From Chrysomallon squamiferum (Eukaryota > Animalia > Mollusca): DNA of 64,000 nucleotides. The stretch lies in the NCBI GenBank assembly GCA_012295275.1, contig CM022669.1, forward strand, positions 3,100,001-3,164,000. Direction: 5' to 3'. The stretch's first letter is position 1, and each line of letters begins with the position of its first letter. This document shows positions 13,298-27,139 of this stretch, one piece after another. The notes beneath the pieces are model-generated. The model searched no databases, was not told where the DNA came from, and saw only the letters and a list, made by a program, of their open reading frames with translations. Made by a program: the position numbers and the translations under genes.

Positions 13298-14021
13298 TTC
13301 ATAAAGGCGTGAGTGGCTCACAAATCACGTGCAACAACTGCACCATGAATTCGCCGGCAAGATAAGAAAAATGCCAAGTAAATATACCTGATATCGATTT
13401 GCTAATTTTTTAAAGAATGTTGTTTTTTAAATATCAAATAATCAGGTCAGTGACATTGCGACTCTCCAGAACGCCAGGTACGTAACATATTTTACACGTT
13501 TTATCATCCGTATTTACTAACTGTCGTTAATGTTGAGTTGTAGAATATAATATGAAGATATGGCGGTGTGTATTATTTTTGCCCAAACTTGGAATCATAT
13601 GTTTTCTTTTCTTTTCTTTTCTTCTTCTTCTTTTCTCTTACATTTTTTTCTAAATATTTTTTTTTTTTTATTTTTTTTTTTATTTTTTTATTTTAATTTT
13701 TTATTTTATTTTATTTTATTTTATTTTATTTTATTTTAATCATTTTATTTCAATTTTGCTTTGTCTTTATGATTAAATTCATTTTCTCTATTTCATCTAG
13801 CACATTTAGTTTCCTATTCTCATCGTTTGTTTTTCTTCTTTTGTTTCCTTCCGTGGACTGACCTGTCGCAATGCTTAAAAAGCCAACATACAGTTATCGT
13901 CAAATTCTACGGTGGCTTCCCTTATTCTTTAATATTTTTTTTTAAGTTAAAATACTTAGTCATTTCGACATTATTTGTCTCTTTATTTGAAATAACCTTT
14001 TGCATTTATTTATTTATTTAT

Positions 14022-14091
<70 letters not shown>

Positions 14092-15108
14092 TTAATTATT
14101 TATTTATTTATTTATTAATTTATTTTTTAAAATTACATCTATGTAAAAGTGGTATTTTAAACTATGTTAAATGTAGATGGTGGAGAAATGATTGATGTAT
14201 AATAATGATAATATTTATGTCGTGGATGTTTTCATCATAACATTAAACATTTCCTTCGATGAACTTACAAAGAAAAACAACAAATTTCGTCTCTGTCTTA
14301 GAATAAATAAACGAAACAAGGATTGAATATTTATTTAAATTTCAGTACATATTAAAATTATTGATTATTACACGTTATTCAAATATTTCTTTTCTAACGA
14401 TAGTATTATATATACAAACCGTTCCAGTTCGATCCGTTTTTATCCCAGTTCAGTTTTTGTATGCTGCGCCTATATAAACATTATATATGTGTATCTGTCT
14501 GTGTGTCCGTCAGACCTTTGATTAATTAGTTGACTGATTATTTCAGTAATATCAAATGTCTGACATACGATGACAGCAAATTAATAAAAAGTTCCCTAAA
14601 CCAATTGTACTCTACGGTCATCAAACCATTTTTATAAATGTGTGTGTGTTTTTAGAAAATCTTTTACATGCAAAAATAAAATGGATATTTCAAACTTTAT
14701 TTAAATCATATCTGTGAAAAAGGCTGCCAAGGGGTGTAATAACATTCACGTGTTTTGTTTAGCATGTCGCTATTTAACGCAGTCGCTATTTAACGCAGTC
14801 CCAAACATTCTAAACATGTTATCATTTTTTTGTCTCTTGTAAACGAGAATGAAGACAGAGGCAGTAGGATGATATATAAAATTTATTTGTATTTACATTC
14901 TGCGTGGGTAGCGCAGCCGAGATCAGCGTTGTGTCCTATACAACCAATGTACAAACAAAATATACACAGTGCTATGTACAGTGTGTGTAATAAATACAGA
15001 CAAACATCAACTATGTACAGGGCTTCCCTCCTTCGAATATAGTAAACTAATTTAAATAAAAACTCATACAGTTCATCGTTTGAATTAATCTAATTAATAA
15101 TAATAATA

Positions 15109-15152
<44 letters not shown>

Positions 15153-16578
15153 GATAATTATAACTACTACTGATTATAACAATAATAATAAAAAAAAATA
15201 AAATTAAAAACATCATGATGGATTTAGTTCATATTTCGTATGTATTAAATTATTCCTATATAAAACGTATTAATATTTCGAATGTGTAAATTAATTTTAT
15301 TAACCTGCTTCTTACACTGAATATAATAACTTTTGGAATAAATTCACATTAGATTAATTAAAATAGAACATTCATGAAACAGAAACTCGAGAAGTTAAAA
15401 TAACATATAATAAATATAATACATGAACTGTTTTGGTTTGGATAAAAATAAAATAAACGGTTTAATTGTGAAAAGATTAAGGCAAAACTCGTATGTAAAC
15501 TAAATTAAAAATCCGAACATATCCGAGGGAAAGTAGGTAAACGACAATTTAATATTTTAAAAGAATATCATTTTAAAATTGTTAAACACATAGAGAAATT
15601 GTTATTTTAAACTAGTACTTAGAAATGTATTGACTTTCATTTGAAAAATAGACGTATGAGATATTAATGATTTTAATATCACATTACCGATGATAGAACA
15701 TTTATCAATACTTTCTAAAATTGTCTGGGTTTTTTTGTTTGTTTATAACTGCTTTCCCTGTAGTTTTTTAATTCAATAACTGTTTAGCTTTTCACCAGAT
15801 AATTATTACTCCTGTTACAGTATGCTTGGTATCCCATGGCAACCTATGTAGCGAAATAGGAGAATCAATTCGAAATACTTTTACCATTACCTGGTGATTA
15901 GTTCTGCGTTTTGATTTGATGTTATTACACTTGCATTAAAATAATATAGATTATAAGAAACAAGAATATTAATCTTAGAATTTTTTTTTTTTTTTTTAAT
16001 CTATTTTCTTTTACCTAATCACACGTCTGTCATTAACTAATTATTTCAAAATAGAAACGTATGTCTAACGTTATTTCCAGGAAACTATTAGATCCTATTT
16101 CAGTCGAAAATTCGAGACACCGGGATTGGAGATATTGTTGTCCAGTATTACGAAACCAAAATCTGAAATAATAATCTATATAGTTTACGAAATGCAGCCA
16201 TGCTTTTGAGCATGTATATGACAATACTTAAAGAAAAGTTAATTTTCAGTACATTTTAGTGTTTGTGTTTCAGAGATAACTAGACTGACAACGTATCCTG
16301 TATTTCATTTTTTTAAGTGACAAATTGTTCTCTGTTTTTTACTGATTTTTGCCTTCCGTCGTTATACCATTTGTTATCATATTTAAAGTTTATTATCCCT
16401 CAGATGTAGATATCTTTTAATATTTAAAAAGTTACAAACGCTATTGCAGACAGATTAAAACTTATTTCTGAACGAAAGATATTAGTTTTCAACTTATTGT
16501 TCTTCATTTTCATTGTATTTAACGAATGGATGTTTTTTTGCTTGACTGTTACTTTAATATTAACCGTTATACACAAAA

Positions 16579-16695
<117 letters not shown>

Positions 16696-17054
16696 CAGAC
16701 AAAAATCAAAGCACATACATTAAATAAATAATCACATGCAGACATTAAAGGTTTCCACAGTTAAAATGTGATACAATAATATAATAAACAGTTACCTAGC
16801 AACGGTATGATAAATAGTTCATAGCATAATAATCCAATTTATGTTAGATATATAAATATATCCGTCATACAAGAATATATCAAAAAAAATTTTCTGTGTT
16901 TGAAGCGTATATCTCTATTTTTGTTATGCATGTGCATGTGTGTAATATATTCGTTACTTTGTTTACGGGTTTCACAGTTATTAAACAAAATCAGAACTCT
17001 AAAAGATAGCGTCGTCGTTGTTGTATTTTATCTTCGCCGTCTGTGTTCATCCCG

Positions 17055-17079
17055 TTACCTGAGTAGTCCGCTGTAGGAA
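17055..17079 (-). CDS. Probable last coding exon of the chitin-binding protein (C SYSGLLR*)
   Basis: Strong acceptor ctgattacttttatttttcAG|. Phase 2 matches the TG| left by the frameshift-corrected large exon and gives TGT (Cys), then SYSGLLR and TAA. Confidence 0.6.
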
Positions 17080-18020
17080 CTGAAAAATAAAAGTAATCAG
17101 ATGTTATATAACTGTTCTTTGTTAACAGATAATAAATTTCAGGCTTGTTTTAATACTCACACCTGTTTATTGTTCACCAGTCACCTGTTAACGATTGTGC
17201 GATCTTCACAAAAAAAAAACTAACTCAATTTACGCTTTACATTTATAGAAACTCAAAACACAGACATCGTACGATTATGCAAAAATCTGAAGTTACCAAG
17301 ATATTGCCTGATTTTGTTTACAAAATGTGAACAAGAATGTACCATATTTCGTAGAATCGTCTCTTAAAAATAATTATTAGTGTCAGTTTTACTTAAAGGT
17401 AATATATAGAAAATGGACTTAATCCAATACTTAAATTTAAGATTCTGAGTATTTGAAATCGTTCAATTACTACATAACATTTTATTTTAAATTCATCGAT
17501 GTTTTTCGTATCTCATTATTCTAAGACAGATTTTTAATAACATTTTAATAGCTTTGTTGTGTGTTTTAGAAAATCTTGGTATAACCTGATATATCTGCAT
17601 GTATGGGGTATTGTCTTTATCGCATTAGAGTGAAATGTCACATTAATAACAGTGTTTCAAACAGCTGAATAATGTAATTGGTTCTCAATTCAAACTGACA
17701 CAACACACAATGATGTGTCAGTTATAAACCCAATAGCATGTAATATAATTTTTTTACATGGTTTATGTTCCTATAGCATTTAAATATTTATCAAGACTTT
17801 ATATTATGTGTAGACTGAATATTTATTTTTCTGAATATTTATTTTATGTAACTTTTCAGTATTTGTTGTCACAGAATGTAAATTTAGAAACTAGAAGAGC
17901 TGTATAAGTTTACTGAATCAAAGCTGGACAGGTTTGTCATTGCACTTTGTAAAACAATTTACACTTAAATATTTAAGAAAGCCGTATGAAAATACGCAGT
18001 GAGTAAATACTGGGTTGACT

Positions 18021-18337
18021 AAGCTTGACACTTTAATGTCAGTGATCATTATTTAAAATAAGATAAATAATATCTGGGATATTCAGTATAGAGCAGCACC
18101 AGTTTAATATTTTGATGTCAATAATAGTTATTTAAAATCAGATGAATACAAGCGGATAGCCATTAAATGACAGCACAAACTTGATACTTGATGTCAACAA
18201 CACCGGTTTAAAAACAGATAAATAATATAAGATAATCAATATATGACATGATAAGCTTGATATTTTGATATCAATTATCGATACTTAGAATCAGACAAAC
18301 AGAATCGGATGTTAGTATACGACAGCACAAGCTTGAA
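18021..18337. repeat. Degenerate about 75-80-bp tandem repeat x4 in the last intron of the chitin-binding gene
   Basis: Recurring aagcttgata..ttgatgtcaa...tttaaaa.cagat.aata...gacagcac pattern at about 18021, 18101, 18177 and 18253. Confidence 0.75.
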
Positions 18338-19114
18338 GTTTGAAAAACACTTACAAAAGATGAGAGAATAATGAAAGGAAAACAAATTAAATATTAAAAT
18401 AAAACAAACAGAAAGAGGCGGTGGTCAATACATAATTTGGAAAGCTGAAAATTAAGATTTGTAATTAAAGTAAACTTTTCGATGTTGTTGTAAAACTGTG
18501 TCTGTCTCAATCGCCTAGTTTCTGTAAATGACTTAAACTGGTAATCTGTAAAATAACAATAAAATATAATTTTCTGTCTGTGAAAATGATGAAGCAAATA
18601 AAAAAGTATAAAAAGTATGTCATATATATCAGATTTAGAATTTTTCACACACACAGATATATACATATATATACACACACACACAGACGCAACACACACA
18701 TAGACAATAGTAAATAGAAAGCGAAATTCGAACCCTGAAAGTTTACATAAATTATTTTTTCAATAACTGAAAATATCTTTACGTCATCGTCGTATTATTA
18801 TTATTATTATTATTATTATTTTTTAATTTTTTAATTATTCATACTGAGTGTGCTGGTTCAACCAGTTATAAATGTTAATTTTCTGTTTTTTTAATCATGA
18901 ACATCTGTCTTCGTGTAACGTTATGATAAATATGAAAACATGTGGCTGGTAGCAAAATATTTCGAAATAAAGGAAAATATGTGTGTTCTGGGCCATTTGA
19001 TATGCTTTTATTATTATTATTTTCTTCGTCAAATTGGATATTATTATACTAAGGGAAAAAAAACAAAAAAAACTGTGTGAAACCGTCGAAAATTCCCTGA
19101 CGTCATTTACTTAC

Positions 19115-20128
19115 CAACCCCACCATTTGTAACCGCAGGGATGACAGATGTTTTGTGGAAAGTCACATTTCCCTTCCCGAGCGTTGAAGAAAAATCCTCC
19201 GTCGCTTCTTGTACACACTGCTTAAATCCTTGGAAAGTACCGTTCGTGCACTCGTAGTAAAAGCTGCAACCTTTAACCAGGGCCGGGTACTTTCCGTCTT
19301 TCTTGCCCTTGCAGTTAGTCGCATGTCCGCAAGGTTCAGAAACACGATCAGTTAGGTCGCATTTCCCGCTAGCACTGCTGAAGATTTTGTTTGCAGGACA
19401 CTGGCCTTTCCTAATGATGAAACCCCGACTACATTCAGTGTAACTTTGACATCCACTGTCAACATCTGCGAATACCCCCGTGTTTTTGTTTTCACACGGG
19501 TTGGGAAGAAGTCCACATGGTTTTGGAACGAGTTCGCTGGGGATGACGCATTCCTGGTGTATAGGATCAAACGAGCCGAAGTCGCATGTCCTGTACTTCA
19601 AGAATCTCTTTCTGCGGCATTCGAAGTAATACGTACATCGACCGTACAGATCTGCATAAAATCCATCCTCTCGTTTCTCGCAGCTGGGTGGTTTTCCCGT
19701 TCCACACGGAGGAGCTGCGATGTCAATGGGCTGACATCTTAGCGTTAAAGGATCGAATACCATACCTGCTGGACACTCGTCATAGCTGAGAAAGACGCTG
19801 TCACGACACTCGAAGAAAATCCCACATCTGCCTTGTTCGTCTGGATAGTACCCGTCCTCTCTGATAGAACAGTCCGGCCTCAGTCCGCCCCGTTCTTTCG
19901 GTACCTCCAGCAGAGACACGCAGTCGTTTCTTTCAGGGGAGAATATCGGGGTGGGTTCCTGGCAGTCGTCCTGGGCTATGTTTCTCTGGTCGAAGCAAGT
20001 GACGAACGTCGGAGTCCACCTTGTTACGTGGAAAGGATAGATTCCGTTAGGTCGACCTCTGCAGCTGCCGAATCTTCTGTTGCACGGAATACAGTTAGCA
20101 CGCATGCACTGGTTCATCGTGTACTCAC
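19115..20128 (-). CDS. Chitin-binding type-2 (CBM14/peritrophin-A) multidomain protein, large internal exon with apparent 2-bp frameshift
   Basis: Acceptor tgttgcAG|GT GAG TAC and donor TG|gtaagt. Five tandem Cys-patterned modules (e.g. CSIREDGYYPDEQGRCGIFFECRDSVFLSYDECPAGMVFDPLTLRC) follow a EY..NQC...CIPC..RFGSC segment like that of molluscan peritrophin/PIF-like matrix proteins. The last module is completed only in another frame after (AC)3 at 19213-19218. Confidence 0.92.
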
Positions 20129-21293
20129 CTGCAACATTTAGACAAAGTTAATTATTAGAATAAACAAATATTTTAGCAGATTAAATTTAGAAAATCCGCA
20201 CTACCCGACCTATGTAGACCTGTGCTTTTCCAAAAATTATATAATTAATAACTATATGTGTCATGTTATATACTGTATACGGTTTTGCTGAATCCACACT
20301 TCCGTGTGTCGAAGAGTTTCTAAACGATAACAGATGAAAAAGAATATTTATTTAAATATATAAATGTTATTATTCACGTAATGCTTGGCTATAACCATTA
20401 ACTGCTGAGTCGAATATGAAGACAGTGTCATATGTCCAATGGTAATCATCAGTCGCAAATTCTTAAATAGGTCAACTTTGGCCCTCGTTCCTTCAAAGGG
20501 ATGAAGTTGCAGAATGCAGTTTATGTCTTACACAATTCCATTGTTAGTAAATAGGTAACAGAAGCTGATATACGTTTTATGAATATAAAGAAGACTTGAA
20601 ATTTAATAATAAAAGTTATTGCCACTGTCTTATAATTACGTATATATGTCTTATTTGGTTTAATGTTTTTTGTACTTTAATAAGATGTAGGTTGAATATG
20701 TATATGTTTATTTATTGTTTAACGTTAATCTATATCTACTTCTTTCTCTTCCCCTCTCTTTTTTCTCTCTCATTCTCTCTCATTCTCATTATCTCTTTAT
20801 CTCTTTCTAACTCTCTCTCTCTCTCTCTCTCTTTTCTCTCTCTCTGTTTCTCATTTCTCTTTCAGTTATCGGTATCTCTGTCTTCTACATTCCTCATTCT
20901 CTATCTCTGTCTTTCACCATCCCTCTTTCTCTCTCTCTCTCTGTCTCTCTGTCCTCTCTCTCTCTGTCTCTCTTATTCCCTCATTCCTTTCAATTATCAT
21001 TGTTCTCTGTCTCGTCTCTCTATCATTTCTCTCTTTCTCTCTTTCTCTCTGTCTCTCTCCTCGTTCACCTCACTCACTCACTCTCTCTCTCTCTATCTTT
21101 CTCTCTCTCTCTTCTCTCTCTCTCTCTCACTGACTCCTCACTCACTCATTCTCTTTTCGGTTATCATTCTCTCTCTGTCTTCTATATTCTATCATTCTGT
21201 CTCTCTGTCTCTCTCTCTCTCTCTCACGCTCTCTTTTCTCTCTTTCGGTTATCATTATCTCTCTATCTTCTACATTCTATCATTCTCTCTCTC

Positions 21294-21493
21294 NNNNNNN
21301 NNNNNNNNNNNNNNNNNNNNNNNNNNNNNNNNNNNNNNNNNNNNNNNNNNNNNNNNNNNNNNNNNNNNNNNNNNNNNNNNNNNNNNNNNNNNNNNNNNNN
21401 NNNNNNNNNNNNNNNNNNNNNNNNNNNNNNNNNNNNNNNNNNNNNNNNNNNNNNNNNNNNNNNNNNNNNNNNNNNNNNNNNNNNNNNNNNNNN
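21294..21493. other. Assembly gap (200 N), preceded by a degenerate CT-rich tract from about 20740
   Basis: Run of exactly 200 N, suggesting a fixed-size scaffolding gap of unknown true length. Confidence 0.99.
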
Positions 21494-22491
21494 GTTTCTA
21501 TGTTTTCTGAATGTTCCTATGTTCACTTGTGTTTGTATGTATGTACATGTAAATATGTATGCGGCTGTATGTATGTTTGAATGTTTATATTTGTGTGCAT
21601 GCGAGGTTTGTGCGCATGCATGTTAGGTTTAGTGAAAAGCTAATTTAATATCAAAGTAACAGGTTTATATAACGTGACTGAAATATCAGCGTGTCAGTTT
21701 GACAGGTGGCTGCTTTCATTCAACAAGGATTCGAACTATTCTGATTAAACAACCTGTGTTCATCACACACTGACTCAGGCTGGACAGACTCACTACAAAT
21801 TATTTAACTAATGTTTTGTTATTCGTTTGTTTAACCACATGGCAATAGGTACTGATTCATTATGATTTTTAAATTTATTTATTTATTTATTATTATTATT
21901 ATATTTATTTATTTATTTTTTTTTTTTTTTTTTTTTTTTTTTTGGCGCCAATTTGCAGATCGCTTCGTACCTGTGTATTATGTAGATAAAGACGTATATA
22001 ACAACAACAACAAATTATACATAGACAAATAACAAAACAAAAACAAAATATTGAAAGAGATTGAAAAAAGAAAAGAAAATCCACCAAAGTACCTATTATT
22101 GTTTGTCTTTTCTTGAATAAGTGCCTAAACATATCGAATCGGATCGAAAATGGCCGAAACAGACAAAAAAAGCACCATTATAGCACTTTTGTATTTGTTT
22201 ATTTCAGACATGCATCTATTTATTAGCTAATCTTTTGAGATAATCAGATTTTAAACTTTTACATGTTTCCTCAAATTAATGTTTGAAGCAGATCGTATGT
22301 GCGTGTTTAAAATAGGAACTAAGATCAATAAATATTTTAAAATCAATTTTAAACAGTTCAGATTATTCGAAATAAGTAATACACCATCATAACATTCACG
22401 TATTATAACTTCATATTTACAATGGTAAAGAGACAGTTCAGAGTTTAAGGTCAGTGAACTTCAAACGCTCGCCTAATTCCCTGGCCTCACC

Positions 22492-22599
22492 TTGGACGTA
22501 TCTACCCCTGTCTAAGTTTGGACGTATCTACCGCTGTCTAAGTTTGGACGTCGCTACCGCTGTCTAAGTTTGGACGTATCTACCGCTGTCTAAGTTTGG
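22492..22599. repeat. 26-bp tandem repeat x4 (TTGGACGTATCTACCGCTGTCTAAGT)
   Basis: Four near-identical adjacent units with no spacers. Confidence 0.95.
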
Positions 22600-23022
22600 G
22601 TAAACGAGGCGTGTGACGCGCAAGAGAACAGACAACTTTGTTCTTATAGCGAAGTGAAACTAAATGTAGTTTGAAATGAATAAAACAAAGTACAGTAATG
22701 TCAATGTAAGGACCGTTTCGGTCTGATTCATGCATCCTTCTTGAAATTATTCTTTATTTTTCAATAACATAAACATACAGGTTTTTGGTGCTTTTATTCA
22801 AAGACCAAGAGGAATTTTATCTCATTGTTCTCTTTTATATATTTTGCACAGTATTCAAGTTTATAAACGGACTGCCCATTTAAGAAGATATATTCAAGAA
22901 AGAACTAATTATAACTTTGAAAAAAAAAAAAAAATTGGAAAATATAACCGCTTTAACAAGGTAAAATGACTCTTATATGTTGTTAGGTAAAAAGAACGTA
23001 AAAATAATAAAAATAAAAATTA

Positions 23023-23109
<87 letters not shown>

Positions 23110-25372
23110 AAATAAATAAATAAATAAACTAAACTTCTTTTCATAACAAACAGGAGAGTTGATAGTCACTGGTTATCTAAATTCAGAAAAGTCAGGCGGA
23201 TTATGCTTTAGGTGAGGGCGATTTCCGAAAAGATATCTAAATGTTTATAATTTGAAATTATATGTTTGACCAGATACCTGCTTTGATTCTTTGGCATCTG
23301 GTTTCCTCATAAAACGTAGTTTCGGCATCTTGCTCGGAGTTTAGGGTTAAAGACATCAAGGGAAGCTACTCCACAAAAAATGATATTTACCACGAAGGTA
23401 TTCGAACGATTTCACGGGGATTTCATAAAGAAAGGAAACACTCATGTATGGATTGGAGTAGAAAGTCACCCAATTTTGTAAGGTTTTTATCCGGGGCGAT
23501 GAGACGGGGGGGCGTGCAACGTTTAACTACAAGTACTTACATCTCTGGCCGCCCTGTTGTCAGATATCGTGGATGTCTAACTAGGGAACGTGTGCATGTA
23601 TATAAACAGACTGTGTAATAGAAAGCAAACTATTTCATGAAATAACTGAAATAACAGAATAACTCTGACGTATATATATATATATATATGTAAATAAATA
23701 AATTATATGAGTGTGTCTATGTGTATATGTGTGTAAATTTAATTTATTGATTTATATATGTGTGTGTATATGCCAATGTTTTAAAAATAACAGTTGAAGA
23801 AAAGCTCGTGGAAGAGTTTATATAGGTTAAATATGCATTAAATATCTGAATACTAAAAGATGGTTATTTACAGATATAAGTACATACCAAATGAGGAAAA
23901 AAATATTATAGTGTCATTAATATTTGTTTCTGTGGATAACGAAGTAATAGGGACTAACAGTTGTAGTAATAGTAGTGTTACTAGCAGCACTGTATTGTAC
24001 GTCACAGTATATCACAGTAAAACTTAAACAAGAACTATTTATAAAATTTTAATAATTGTTTTTCCAGTTTTTAAAAGTATATACTTAATTATATTACTTT
24101 CGTTATAGCGTAAAAGCCAAAAAATCCAAAAGAATCATCATCTTGTTAAAAGTCTACAAAAATAATCCAGTAAAAATTATCTGGTGACTTCGCGTCAAAA
24201 GAATGTAGGGAAAATATCTGGTGAAAGCAGTATTGACCGATTTAGGAGTTAAACTACACTCTTCATTTACTTCTCAATAGTTGGGTAATGATCAGTTATA
24301 ATTTTAACATTATTTATGTAATTGTGTTCCAGAAATAAAATAATGAATGAAAAAATCATTTTAAATGGTTGTTATTATTATTATTATTGTTATATTTATT
24401 GTTGTTGTTGTTGTTGTTGTTGTTGTTTGTTGTTGTTGTTGTTTTTGACTCAGTATTACAGCTACTCAAATCTGTGATTAAAACTGAAAAGTAGCTTATG
24501 TCGCGTCATTACAGGTTATGAAATGAAATACATAAACATAAATTACTCTAAAATATAAAAACTAATCTACAAAATGTATTTGTTACAGACATTTAACTCT
24601 GCAAAGCAGTTTATGAAGTCCTATTCAGAATTTTAAAAAGTTCTTAATACATTCACTTCTGCGAAATACAGCTAAAAACATCGATTATATTGACGAACTG
24701 CAGCAAAACATTTGCAGTTTTGTGCACCAGTATTTCAGACAGTACCTTCCAGCTACAAAAATAAACTCAAATGCGGCAAATTTGACACTGTTGTATGATC
24801 TCAAAACTTTAGCACCGTGCATGATTACAAAGACTTAATCTGCAGCGTCCCAAACATAAACACAGATCGCGGAAGAACTTACAAATCCTTCCACATTGAT
24901 CTGTAGAGAATATTTACGCTCGCTGCATAAACAGTGCATATGAACTTGCGCTTGTTTTCAAATCTGCAAGTCGCTTGCGCAATTTCGAGACGAATAAACA
25001 GTAAGTTTTAAACACCTTTTTGAAGAAAACCAATGTTGACAAGAGATTTAAACTCTGGAAATTGGAAAGGATGTTTTTGTACTAAATGTTTACGAGGTTC
25101 GTAAAAAGACAAAATTAAAAGGTGATAAAAGTTTAAGATCTTGAAAACTGGAGAGAAGTTTATTTATATGTTTTCTAACGATATTTTAGAGGTCCTGAAT
25201 AGTAATGCTGAAAATCAGAATAAATTTTATTTTATTTTTCTTATAATATATTTTTGTTAAAGAAATGAAATGATTTTTGTTGTTGGTGTTTGTATTTTGA
25301 TTTACAACATTCTAAATTAAATTGTTCACAGTGAATACAACACCTGTATACTCCAGTCAGATTATTACTTAC

Positions 25373-25444
25373 CTGTAATCACGATCATACAATATCACTT
25401 ATAATTACCATATCCAGTAAACCGTAATTTTTTTCAGTACTCAC
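25373..25444 (-). other. Candidate 72-nt non-coding or start-codon exon beginning at an AG|GTGAGT site
   Basis: Acceptor ttattttttatttcAG| directly followed by GTGAGT; downstream donor CAG|GTAAGT at 25367-25372. Stops occur in all three read-through frames, but the exon ends ATG ATC GTG ATT ACA G|. Confidence 0.45.
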
Positions 25445-26044
25445 CTGAAATAAAAAATAAAAATATTTCTTAGTGTTATTTACAAAATCATATACAAAAC
25501 CATAGCGCAATATTTGTATGTATCGGAGGGTACATGCGTTCGTGCGTGTGTGTGTGTGTATACATATGTTTTTATAAATGTGTGTGTATATATATAAAAA
25601 CTACAATACATGTTACATATATACTTGCATACATACAAACATCCATATATGCATACAACATATTTTGTGAATGAAACTGGTAAGATACAAATAACAGATC
25701 ACAGCACTCAAGTTGATGTGGTCTAATCCACTAGAAACAAGCCTGGTAACGTCAAGTTTCATATTTGTTATGGCTAACTGAAGACTTACAACATCACAAC
25801 ATCCTCATTTTTCATGTAACTAATCATCAAACACTCAAACACTCTACATTTTAATCGCATGTAAAACAGAGTAAAACTAAACTCTCTCCATTTTAACCTT
25901 TCAATACACTAACATCTATCTAATCCTCTAAAATATTAATATAAAAACATTTTTCTCTAACTTTCAAATTCACTAACATGATAATCCTCTAATATATAAC
26001 ACCATAACTCTCTTCAAAATAATAACCCTCTAGAAAACCCCTTT

Positions 26045-26990
26045 GTTCATCATAATAACCGTCTAACACACTAACACTATATCTCTTCATCGTAAAAATC
26101 ATCTAACATACTAACAGAATATATCTCTTCATCATAATAACCCATAACATGCTAACACTGTATCATTCATCATAATAACCGTCTAACATACTAACACTAT
26201 AATTTCTCTTCATCATAATGAACCTCAAACATACTAACACTGTATCTTTTTATCATAAAGACCGTCTAACACACTAACACTGTATCTCTCTTCATCATAA
26301 TAACCTGTAACATACTAACACTGAATCTTTCTTCATCACAATAACCTGTAACATACTAACACTGTATCTCTTCATCATAATAACCCTCTAACATACTAAC
26401 ACTGTATCTCTCTTCATCATAATAACCGTCTAACATACTAACACTGTATCTCTTCACATACAAACACTGTATCTCTCTTCATCATAATAACCGTCTAACA
26501 TACTAACACTGTATCTTTCTTCATCATAATAACCTCAACATACTAACACTGTATCTCTTCATCATAATAACCTCTAACATAAACACTAACTGTATCTCTC
26601 TAACACAACATAACATACTAACACTGTATCTCTTCATCATAATAACCTCTAACATACTAACACTGAATCTTTCTTCATCATAACATACTAACACTGTATC
26701 TAATCACCGCCAACATACTAACACTGAATCTTCTTCATCATAATAACCCTCTAACATACTAACACTGAATCTTTCTTGATCATAATAACACTGTATCTTT
26801 CTTGATCATAATAACCCTCTAACATACTAACACTATAATTTCTCTTCATCATAATAAACATCTAACATACTAACACTGTATCTTTCTTTATCATAATAAC
26901 CATCTAACATACTAAAACTATAATTTCTCTTCATCATAATAAACCTCTAACATACTAACACCATAAGTCTCTTCAGCATAAAAATTATTA
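26045..26990. repeat. About 40-bp minisatellite (AACATACTAACACTGTATCTCTTCATCATAATAACCGTCT)
   Basis: Roughly two dozen tandem, variably degenerate units directly visible. Confidence 0.95.
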
Positions 26991-27139
26991 GTGTACTAAC
27001 ATATACCTGTCTCTATCATGATAGTCTCTAACATACTAGCACTATTTCTATATCCAGTACAGTAAGATTCTAACAGACAGCATGCCTCTTCATCGTAATA
27101 ACCTCCTAACAAACTGTTCCCAACTTAGTCATAATGCCC

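Noticed and set aside
19107-19215. C-terminus given by the ORF track (VQEATEDFSS...GGVGK*)
   Set aside because: Out-of-frame read-through after the 2-bp shift; the other frame restores the domain and a consensus donor.
19446-20141. Plus-strand ORFs over the chitin-binding exon
   Set aside because: Antisense shadows with no independent signals.
20596-21626. Long S/L-rich ORFs
   Set aside because: CT-rich low-complexity sequence plus the N gap.
22492-22599. CRISPR-like appearance of 26-bp repeats (also 12616-12687 and 26045-26990)
   Set aside because: Units are head-to-tail with no unique spacers, there are no cas genes, and the context is eukaryotic.
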